From Eubacteriales bacterium (GTDB lineage Bacteria; Bacillota; Clostridia; Oscillospirales; JAAYXM01), in NCBI GenBank assembly GCA_045589235.1, contig JAZNOR010000071.1, forward strand, positions 1 to 63,936: DNA of 63,936 bases. Reading direction: 5' to 3'. The notes under the pieces were generated by a model that had not been told where the DNA came from, did no database searches, and saw nothing but the letters and a program-made list of their open reading frames with translations. How positions within the stretch are numbered: position 1 is the first letter of the stretch; each line of letters begins with the position of its first letter. Below are positions 56,012 through 63,936 of the stretch, piece by piece. The translations under genes and the position numbers were made by a program.

Positions 56012-59000
56012 TCAGAAAAAGGAAATCTGACTGCTTTTTGGTATATCACCAAGAGCATTATTGTTTTCAAGCAACTCAATTATAGCCTTGGAAACCTTAT
56101 TGCAACGCGACTGTATCTCATCCATTGATAAAAACGGAGATTTTTGCCGTTCTTCAACAATGCTGCAAGCCGCAACCTCACCAAGCCCCGGAATTGCGGT
56201 AAACGGTGGTCTAAGCCTTCCATCTTCAGTGATAATAAAATCTTTTGAATCCGACTCATATAAGTCAATTGGTGCAAATTCAAAGCCTCGAAAGTAAAAT
56301 TCGTGGCAGACTTCAAGAGTTACAAGCATATCCTTTTCTGCCGCAGTTGCCTTCTCCTTTTTAGATATAGCATCCATTTGCGCAAGCACAATAGAATCGC
56401 CATTTATCATTAAGCCCGCATCAAACGATTTTGCTCGTATCGAAAAATATGCAGCGTAAAAAGCAAGTGGCTTATGAACCTTAAACCAAGCAATTCTAAA
56501 CGCCATCATTACATAAGCAACTGCATGAGCCTTCGGGAACATATACTTAATCTTTTTACAAGAATCAATATACCATTCAGGAACATTGTGCGCGCGCATG
56601 TCTTCTTCCCACTCCGGCTTTAATCCTTTACCTTTACGAACACTTTCCATAATAGTAAACGAAAGTTTTGAATCCATATTCATAGAAATGAGATAAAGCA
56701 TAATATCGTCACGGCAACAGATAGCTTCTTTAAGGGTTGCAGTTCCCTCTTGTACCAAAGTTTGGGCATTATTTATCCAAACATCAGTACCATGCGACAG
56801 ACCCGAAATACGAACAAGTTCATCGAAAGTCGTTGGTTTAGTATCAAGAAGCATTTCGCGGACGAATTTGGTTCCAAATTCCGGAATTGCAGTAGCACCT
56901 GTTTTTCCTAAAATCGGATCTTCGTCAATGCCTAAGGCTTTGCAAGATGTAAAAATACTCATAGTTTCCGGGTCATCAAGCGGAATTTCACGGGCATTTA
57001 ATCCTGTTAAATCCTCAAGCATTCTTATGATTGTCGGGTCATCATGACCAAGAAGATCGAGCTTTAAAATATTGTCGTGAATTGAGTGATAGTCAAAGTG
57101 TGTTGTTATGATATCGCTCGTCTTATCATCAGCCGGATGTTGAATCGGAGTAAAGTCATAAATTTCCTTTTCCATCGGAACAATCATAACACCACCCGGG
57201 TGCTGACCCGTCGTTCGTTTAATTCCTGTACAGCCAACGGTCAAGCGATTCTGCTCCGTTTTAGACTTATACTCACCGCGTTCTTCCAAATATTTTTTAA
57301 CATATCCAAATGCAGTTTTTTCTGCTATAGTGCCTATTGTTCCTGCACGGAACACGTGGTTTTCACCAAAGATTTCAATTGTATGCCTGTGAGCACGCGA
57401 CTGATATTCGCCGGAAAAATTAAGGTCTATATCAGGGATTTTGTCGCCGTCAAAGCCTAAAAATGTTGCAAACGGAATATCAAAACCGTCTTTTTGATAG
57501 TTTGTTCCGCAATTCGGGCATACTTTATCCGGCATATCAGCACCAACACTATATCCCATACCGCCCATAAATTCAGATTTTTTACAATTCGGGCATCTGT
57601 AATGCGGTGGCATTGCATTAACCTCGGTAATACCTGAAAAATAGGCTACAACAGAGGATCCTACAGAGCCTCGCGAGCCCACAAGATAACCTTCTTGATT
57701 TGAACGTAGTACAAGCTTTTGAGCAATTATATACATTACATCAAAGCCGTGTGTTGTTATTTTATCAAGCTCATATTCAAGTCGCTCAAGAACTATAGGT
57801 GGAATCGGGTCACCGTAAAGCTCCGCTGCGCGCTTGTAGCACATATTGATTAAGTCTTCTTTTGAACCCTCAATTGATGGCGGAAAGTTTTCTTTGGGAA
57901 TTGGTCTTATATTCTCACACATATCTGCAATAGCATTTGTGTTTTTAACAACAACCTCATATGCTTTTTCAGCTCCCAGATAAGAAAACTCTTCGAGCAT
58001 TTCATCCGTTGTTTTAAAGTAAAGCGGTGCTTGATTGTCCGCATCGGTAAAGCCCATTCCTGCCATAAGAACACGACGGTAAACTTCATCATGTGGCTCA
58101 AGAAAATGAACGTCGCCCGTAGCAACAACAGGAATATTAAGCTTTTCACCAAGCTCAATAACTTTACGGTTGAAGTCACGTATTTCATCAAGCGATGACA
58201 CCATTCCGCGACCTAGCATAAATTCGTTGTTGCCAACCGGCTGAATTTCAAGAAAATCATAATACTCAGCAAGCTTTAAAAGCTCTTCATCCGGCTTTTT
58301 CTGAACAATAGCGCCGTAAAGTTCTCCCGCTTCACACGCAGAGCCAATAATCAATCCCTCGCGGTATTCGTCTAAAACAGTGCGCGGAATTATCGGTCGC
58401 TTTTGATAGTATTTTAAATGTGCAAGAGAAACAAGCTTATATAAGTTCTTAAGACCTACATAATCTTTCACTAAAATTATAAGGTGGTATGGGCGAACTT
58501 TCGATACTTTACCCGTATTCATTCCCGATAAATCCAAATTAATTTCAGACATAGATGCAGTATGCGCCGGAGAGTTTTTAAGTATCTCAAAGAATTTAAC
58601 AAGCATATGTGCAACTGTTGCAGCATCATCCCCTGCTCTGTGATGTTCAAACTTAGGAAGCGAAAGTGCATTTGCAACAATATTTAATTTATGACGTTCT
58701 AAATTAGGAAGCAAAATTCGCGCCATAGTAAGAGTATCAAGCGAAACGAAATTGTACTCAATGCCATATTTTTTGCACTCTGCGCGCAAGAAACCTATAT
58801 CAAAATCTGCATTATGAGCTACCAGTACCCTACCGTCTGCAAACTTTAAAAAGTCGCGCACAGCTTCTTCCGAAAGTGGTGCGTCCTTAACAGTTTCGTA
58901 TGAAATTCCGGTAAGTTGAGTAATTTTTTCAGGTATCGGTCTTTGAGGATTTACATATGTGTGATATTCTTCACATAATTCACCATTTTTCAAAACGGTA

Positions 59001-60316
59001 GCTGCAATTTCCGTAATACCATCTACTCCTGCATTTAAGCCTGTTGTTTCAAGGTCAAAGCACACAAACTCACCATCAAGCGACTCATCTGATATTCCCT
59101 TGAGCGCCTCAACATCAGTACTGTTATTTATAAAGTAAGCCTCAACACCGTATATTGGCTTGATATCAAGGTCTTTTACTGCTTTCATTACATCGGGATA
59201 TGCCTGTACTACACCGTGGTCTGTAATTGCAACAGCCTTATGTCCCCAAGCAGCCGCACGAGCAATTAAATCACCTGCAGAAGACATGCCATCCATAGAT
59301 GACATATTCGTGTGCATATGAAGTTCCACTCGTTTTTCAGAAGCTTTGTCTTCACGAATAACCTTCTTACACTTAACTATGTTTTGTGCTTTTAAAACCG
59401 TATCCTGAATGTACATATCATATGCTGTAATGCCATACACCTTTACATGCGCACCCGGTTTCATAGCTTTAGCTAAAACACTTCCTTCTTCAATCGGCAA
59501 TGTTTTGGTAACTTTAATTGAACCGGTATAATCAGTTATGTCGAATTTAAGACGAATTGTTCCGCGCTCTAAATTCTCTTTATGGTCGCAGTAAAACACA
59601 TCCCCCTCAACGGATACTTTGCCGTATTCATCGTTTATATCAGACATCGGGGTGATTTCATCCATTTGAGCCTTACCGAGCAACACTTCACCCTCGGTTT
59701 CTTTAAGCCTTCTCGCTTTTCCAAAACTTTGTGTTCTAGAAGATGACGGAGTTGTGACTTTCACAGGAGCTTGTACCGGCGGCGGTGGCGGAACTTCACT
59801 CATAAGTTTTTTGTGAATTTCTTCTATATTCGTATCTATGAATTCACCGTCCTGAATTTCAATTTCAATAGGGATATTAAACGTTTCTTTTATTTCATTC
59901 TTCATCCAGGAAACACATGGCAAAATAAAGCTTGCGCCTTTTGATGCAAGCTTTATTTTGAGAACATTGTCACAAATCTCCAATTCTGCGCCCTTAAGAT
60001 ATCCGTTAATCGCTGGAAATCTTTCACGCGCACTAGTGGCAAGCTGTGTAAAGTATTCGGTATTTAATAATTCCGTGTCATAGCTTGGTATGATACTAAC
60101 CGAGTTTATGTTATATTTCACCTGAATCATTTGCTCAATTAAAGAAATGCTTTTCTTATCACAAAGTGATTTCGGAGAGATATGTATACAAATCCTCTTT
60201 TGCGGTATGTCAACCGTTGCGGTTGTAACATACTCTTCTAGCACTTTTAAAATATTTTCTTTATCTGAGCTTATTTCAAAAAGTTCACCAAGCGTTTTAG
60301 TGTTATTATTAAGCAA
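56012..60316 (-). CDS. polC: DNA polymerase III PolC-type
   Basis: 1434 aa. PHP domain (ELHMHTNMS), inserted DEDDh exonuclease (FDLETTGL...HNADFD...H.A.DD), and pol III alpha core. Confidence 0.98.
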   Translation of the reverse strand: MLNNNTKTLGELFEISSDKENILKVLEEYVTTATVDIPQKRICIHISPKSLCDKKSISLIEQMIQVKYNINSVSIIPSYDTELLNTEYFTQLATSARERFPAINGYLKGAELEICDNVLKIKLASKGASFILPCVSWMKNEIKETFNIPIEIEIQDGEFIDTNIEEIHKKLMSEVPPPPPVQAPVKVTTPSSSRTQSFGKARRLKETEGEVLLGKAQMDEITPMSDINDEYGKVSVEGDVFYCDHKENLERGTIRLKFDITDYTGSIKVTKTLPIEEGSVLAKAMKPGAHVKVYGITAYDMYIQDTVLKAQNIVKCKKVIREDKASEKRVELHMHTNMSSMDGMSSAGDLIARAAAWGHKAVAITDHGVVQAYPDVMKAVKDLDIKPIYGVEAYFINNSTDVEALKGISDESLDGEFVCFDLETTGLNAGVDGITEIAATVLKNGELCEEYHTYVNPQRPIPEKITQLTGISYETVKDAPLSEEAVRDFLKFADGRVLVAHNADFDIGFLRAECKKYGIEYNFVSLDTLTMARILLPNLERHKLNIVANALSLPKFEHHRAGDDAATVAHMLVKFFEILKNSPAHTASMSEINLDLSGMNTGKVSKVRPYHLIILVKDYVGLKNLYKLVSLAHLKYYQKRPIIPRTVLDEYREGLIIGSACEAGELYGAIVQKKPDEELLKLAEYYDFLEIQPVGNNEFMLGRGMVSSLDEIRDFNRKVIELGEKLNIPVVATGDVHFLEPHDEVYRRVLMAGMGFTDADNQAPLYFKTTDEMLEEFSYLGAEKAYEVVVKNTNAIADMCENIRPIPKENFPPSIEGSKEDLINMCYKRAAELYGDPIPPIVLERLEYELDKITTHGFDVMYIIAQKLVLRSNQEGYLVGSRGSVGSSVVAYFSGITEVNAMPPHYRCPNCKKSEFMGGMGYSVGADMPDKVCPNCGTNYQKDGFDIPFATFLGFDGDKIPDIDLNFSGEYQSRAHRHTIEIFGENHVFRAGTIGTIAEKTAFGYVKKYLEERGEYKSKTEQNRLTVGCTGIKRTTGQHPGGVMIVPMEKEIYDFTPIQHPADDKTSDIITTHFDYHSIHDNILKLDLLGHDDPTIIRMLEDLTGLNAREIPLDDPETMSIFTSCKALGIDEDPILGKTGATAIPEFGTKFVREMLLDTKPTTFDELVRISGLSHGTDVWINNAQTLVQEGTATLKEAICCRDDIMLYLISMNMDSKLSFTIMESVRKGKGLKPEWEEDMRAHNVPEWYIDSCKKIKYMFPKAHAVAYVMMAFRIAWFKVHKPLAFYAAYFSIRAKSFDAGLMINGDSIVLAQMDAISKKEKATAAEKDMLVTLEVCHEFYFRGFEFAPIDLYESDSKDFIITEDGRLRPPFTAIPGLGEVAACSIVEERQKSPFLSMDEIQSRCNKVSKAIIELLENNNALGDIPKSSQISFF

Positions 60317-60330
60317 CTTAAAAACTCCTA

Positions 60331-61377
60331 TTACCTTGGTAATTCATCAATAAGCTTTAAAAGCTCATCAACAAGCATTTCCATAGGTACTTTTTTAACG
60401 ATTTCACCATGCAGGAACAGAAGACCCTCTTTATCCCCGCCTGCGATACCGACATCAGCCTCTCGAGCCTCACCCGGACCGTTAACAGCACAGCCCATAA
60501 CTGCAACGGTAAGAGGCCTCGTTTCGTTCTGAAGACGTTTTTCCACTTCTGTTGCAATTTTAATCAAGTCAATTCTGCATCGTCCGCAAGTCGGACAAGA
60601 AACAAGGTTAATACCACGCTCGCGTACTCCTGATGCTTTCAAAATACCGTAAGCGATACGAATTTCCTCAAGCGGGTCTGCAGTAAGCGAAACGCGAAGC
60701 GTATCACCAATTCCATCGCACAAGAGACTACCGATACCGATTGAAGATTTAATAGTTCCCATAAAAGTAGTTCCTGTTTCCGTAACACCTAAATGCAACG
60801 GATAATTTGTTTTCTCTGCAAGCAATCTATATGCCGCAATTGTTTTCTTAACATCCGATGCTTTTATAGAAATTGCAATATCGTCAAAATCAAATTTATT
60901 CAGAATCTCAACGTGTGACATTGCGCTCATAACAAGAGCTTCCGGCGTAACACCATATTCAGCTAAAAGCTTTTTATCCAGTGAACCGCCATTTACGCCA
61001 ATACGTATAGGCACACCGTGTTCTTTACATGCATCAACGACCTTTTTAACACGGTCTTCACCACCAATATTACCCGGATTTAAACGGATTTTATCCGCAC
61101 CGGCACTGACTGCAGCAAGTGCTAAACGATAATCAAAATGAATATCAGCAACTATCGGAATGTGGATATCCTTTTTAATTTTCGAAATCGCCCAAGCTGC
61201 ATGCTCATCAACAACTGCAACACGCACGAGCTCACAACCGGCTTCCTCCAGCTTTAATATCTGGTTAACCGTTGCACTGACATCACGCGTGTCGGTATTA
61301 CACATTGACTGAACAACAACAGGAGCTCCTCCGCCAATAACCAAATCCCCTACTTTAATCTGTTTTGTCATTCTCAT
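60331..61377 (-). CDS. ispG: HMBPP synthase (flavodoxin/ferredoxin type)
   Basis: VVQSMCNTDT and CPTCGRC...GCAVNGPGEA motifs. Start ATG 61377 is preferred (GGGTGG RBS). The GTG at 61386 is also possible. Confidence 0.95.
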   Translation of the reverse strand: MRMTKQIKVGDLVIGGGAPVVVQSMCNTDTRDVSATVNQILKLEEAGCELVRVAVVDEHAAWAISKIKKDIHIPIVADIHFDYRLALAAVSAGADKIRLNPGNIGGEDRVKKVVDACKEHGVPIRIGVNGGSLDKKLLAEYGVTPEALVMSAMSHVEILNKFDFDDIAISIKASDVKKTIAAYRLLAEKTNYPLHLGVTETGTTFMGTIKSSIGIGSLLCDGIGDTLRVSLTADPLEEIRIAYGILKASGVRERGINLVSCPTCGRCRIDLIKIATEVEKRLQNETRPLTVAVMGCAVNGPGEAREADVGIAGGDKEGLLFLHGEIVKKVPMEMLVDELLKLIDELPR

Positions 61378-61378
61378 A

Positions 61379-62410
61379 TTAACCACCCATAAATATCTTT
61401 AGTATATCATTAAATGTAACGAAAAGCATAAGCAAAATAAGCAAAATAAAACCTGCTGCGTGAACCCAGCCCTCATATTTAGGATTTATTGGTTTGCGTC
61501 TTATAAGCTCAACTATAAGAAACAAAAGTCTTCCGCCATCAAGTGCCGGAATAGGAAGCAAATTCATAATGCCAAGATTTATTGATACGAGAGCCAGTAA
61601 ATACCAAAGTGATGACATTGACTGTTTTGCTGTGCTTACCATCATACTTCCAATGCCAATCGGACCGGATAAATCACGAACGCCTGCTCTCCCTGTTATC
61701 AAGTCAACAAGGCTGACTTTAACCAGTCTCACAAGATTGTATGCATTTTGAAATACATATTTTGTTTTACCCCAAAAACTTGAATTCTCAATTTCAAAGC
61801 CTATTCCATATGCAAGACGTGTTTCACCATCAACTTCCATCTCTTTTTGTTCTAAACGCACATCTTCCAAAAGAAGTTTTCCACCGTTGCGTATAACTGT
61901 AATGTCATACACCGGTTTATTGTCACCGCGTTCAAGCTGAAGCATAAAATCATTTATTAAGTGAATTTTATAATCATCAACTTTAATTATTTTGTCGCCG
62001 GTTTGTAATTCTTCAATATGATCTGCAACATTGCTTACAGTTGTTGTTGTCCACCCCTTTATTGGTGCAAAAGCAATTGCAAGAATCAAAATACCAATAA
62101 GCAAATTCATAATTGAGCCTGCTGCTATTATAATAATTCGACTCAAAATGGGTTTGGTTTGGAACGAGCCCTCAAGGTCCTCACTATCGCCGTCTTCGCC
62201 TTCCATTGCGCAGTATCCTCCAAGTGGGATAATTCTGAGCGCATAAAGCGTCTCCCCAACTTGTTTTTTTAATATCGCAGGACCCATACCGATTGCAAAT
62301 TCATTAACACGAACACCTGCACGCTTTGCGGTTATAAAGTGGCCGAACTCATGCAAAGCAACCAACATTCCAAAAAGAAAAATAACTAAAATAATATAAA
62401 TACAAACCAC
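61379..62410 (-). CDS. rseP: RIP metalloprotease RseP (M50 site-2 protease)
   Basis: HEFGHF near the N-terminus, a PDZ segment, and NLLPIPALDGG. Confidence 0.88.
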   Translation of the reverse strand: MVCIYIILVIFLFGMLVALHEFGHFITAKRAGVRVNEFAIGMGPAILKKQVGETLYALRIIPLGGYCAMEGEDGDSEDLEGSFQTKPILSRIIIIAAGSIMNLLIGILILAIAFAPIKGWTTTTVSNVADHIEELQTGDKIIKVDDYKIHLINDFMLQLERGDNKPVYDITVIRNGGKLLLEDVRLEQKEMEVDGETRLAYGIGFEIENSSFWGKTKYVFQNAYNLVRLVKVSLVDLITGRAGVRDLSGPIGIGSMMVSTAKQSMSSLWYLLALVSINLGIMNLLPIPALDGGRLLFLIVELIRRKPINPKYEGWVHAAGFILLILLMLFVTFNDILKIFMGG

Positions 62411-63559
62411 CTACTTAAAACTATCAAGTACGCATTCACGCGCTGCCTTATCGGCGTTTAAAACATCGTCAAGTGTTGGATTCTCTTTTGTTTTTACTTT
62501 GCCCATTGCAGCTTCAACCAATTCCGGAATCTGCAAAAAGCTAATTTTTTCATTCAAAAACAGCTCAACCGCCGCTTCATTTGCACCGTTTAACACTGCT
62601 GCTGTTGCATCTTTTTTTGCCGCTGCATTCATAGCAAGCTTTAAACACGAAAAAGTATCAACATCAGGTTTTGCAAAAGTAAGCGCACTAAGACGTGAAA
62701 AATCAAGTGTATCGCCTTGAAAATTGCGTCTCTTGGGATACTCAATTGCATATGCAATCGGAAGGCGCATATCAGGAGTTCCCATTTGAGCTAAAACCGC
62801 ACCGTCACAAAATTCTATCATAGAATGAATAATGCTCTCTCTGTGAACGACAACCTCTATCTGTGCCGGAGTAACGCCAAATAACCACATAGCCTCGATA
62901 AACTCAAGACCTTTATTCATAAGTGTTGCAGAATCAATCGTGATTTTACTTCCCATACTCCAGTTTGGATGTTTAAGTGCATCGGCTACACTTACATTTT
63001 TAAGCTCTTCTCTTGTTCTTCCAAAAAAAGGGCCACCGGATGCTGTTAATATAATCTTATTCAACTCACTTCTGTCGCCACACGCTTCAAGACACTGAAA
63101 GATTGCTGAATGTTCTGAATCCACCGGCAAAAGGGACACTTTCTTGTCGCGCGCAAGTTTTGTTACAATATTTCCGCCACAGACAAGTGTTTCTTTATTT
63201 GCAAGTGCAATATTCTTGCCTGCATTTATTGCTGCAAGAGTTGGAACAAGTCCTACCATACCAACAACCGCAGTGAGCACAATATCAGCCTCTTTTTCTT
63301 CTGCAGCCGCCACAAGACCATCCATACCTCCATACACTTTAATGTCTGTATCAGAAAGCGCAATTTTAAGCTCTCGTGCAGCCGCTTCATCCATTGCAAC
63401 TGCTATCTTTGGCATAAATTCACGCGCTTGTGACTCTAAAAGTTTTATGTTCCTGTTAGTAGTGAGCGCACTTGCTTTTATATTAAATTTTCGCAGGATA
63501 TCAAGAGTCTGTGTACCAATAGACCCGGTTGAACCCAAAACGGAAATGCTCGAAACCAA
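62411..63559 (-). CDS. dxr: 1-deoxy-D-xylulose 5-phosphate reductoisomerase
   Basis: TTG start 63559, 8 nt after AGGAGG. LGSTGSIG, LANKE and DSEHSA motifs. Confidence 0.95.
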   Translation of the reverse strand: MVSSISVLGSTGSIGTQTLDILRKFNIKASALTTNRNIKLLESQAREFMPKIAVAMDEAAARELKIALSDTDIKVYGGMDGLVAAAEEKEADIVLTAVVGMVGLVPTLAAINAGKNIALANKETLVCGGNIVTKLARDKKVSLLPVDSEHSAIFQCLEACGDRSELNKIILTASGGPFFGRTREELKNVSVADALKHPNWSMGSKITIDSATLMNKGLEFIEAMWLFGVTPAQIEVVVHRESIIHSMIEFCDGAVLAQMGTPDMRLPIAYAIEYPKRRNFQGDTLDFSRLSALTFAKPDVDTFSCLKLAMNAAAKKDATAAVLNGANEAAVELFLNEKISFLQIPELVEAAMGKVKTKENPTLDDVLNADKAARECVLDSFK

Positions 63560-63572
63560 AACGCCTCTCCTC

Positions 63573-63936
63573 CTAAACAAAAAGCTGTATAAAATTTAAG
63601 ATAATAAGAGTTGCCGGTGCAGTGAATAAGACAGAGTCGAATCTATCTAAAATTCCGCCGTGACCGGGAAAAATAACACCGTAATCTTTAATATTGTATT
63701 CTCTTTTAATTATTGACATTGAAAGGTCACCCAGCTGTGCGATAATAGAAAGCACAAATCCCGATATCGCAAGGGCTATGTAATTTGCATCTCCAAGATT
63801 AATTTTTTCAATTATAAAACCGTAGATTAAAAATGATGCTATACAAACTACAATTCCTCCAACCGAACCTTCAATGGTTTTTTTAGGGCTTATAGTAGGC
63901 GCCAGCTTATGCTTACCAAAAAACATTCCAGTAAAG
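63573..63936 (-). CDS. cdsA: Phosphatidate cytidylyltransferase, C-terminal part (5' end outside window)
   Basis: SPKKTIEGS...FPGHGGILDRFDS signature. The ORF is open to the window edge. Confidence 0.85.
   Translation of the reverse strand, partial: FTGMFFGKHKLAPTISPKKTIEGSVGGIVVCIASFLIYGFIIEKINLGDANYIALAISGFVLSIIAQLGDLSMSIIKREYNIKDYGVIFPGHGGILDRFDSVLFTAPATLIILNFIQLFV

Overview
This window looks like a chromosomal segment from a low-GC, spore-forming Clostridia-type Firmicute. It is almost entirely core housekeeping genes, tightly packed and largely syntenic with known operons. On the + strand: clpP(3' end)-clpX-lon-engB-lysA, asnS-aminotransferase-purB, secDF, nrdR, eda-kdgK, and an L-box-controlled asd-dapA-dapB. 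On the - strand: nfnAB, xerD-spoIIM-proC, queA-tgt-yajC, an rpiR/flavoprotein/hutP-like/cmk/plsC/ispH-S1 operon, comEC-holA, fba, polC, and cdsA(3' part)-dxr-rseP-ispG. I found no CRISPR array, transposase, prophage or recognisable defence system. The most system-like element is a RiPP cassette the ORF track misses: a 47-aa seven-Cys SCIFF (ranthipeptide) precursor gene at 36960..37103 (-) with its radical-SAM/SPASM maturase. A strong hairpin separates the two genes, and the track's 509-aa maturase ORF is a spurious upstream extension. Other observations worth a second look:
- a second unlisted Cys-rich 51-aa ORF next to a cwlJ/gerQ-like pair;
- a MacA/MacB-like adaptor+permease pair with no ATPase gene;
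- an XRE-HTH fused to a desulfoferrodoxin-like (Dx-SOR) module;
- a sugar-phosphate isomerase gene broken at an A7 tract that is also a perfect in-frame A_AAA_AAA -1 slippery site;
- a dif-like 28-mer whose right arm matches the B. subtilis XerD arm (from memory), 1.6 kb from xerD, in a window where gene polarity switches from + to -;
- a 14-bp palindrome with 0A-box-like half sites upstream of an orphan ORF-nrdR pair;
- a KDPG aldolase with an extra VOC-like C-terminal domain.
All calls come from reading the sequence and recognising motifs by eye. No database search or statistics were run.
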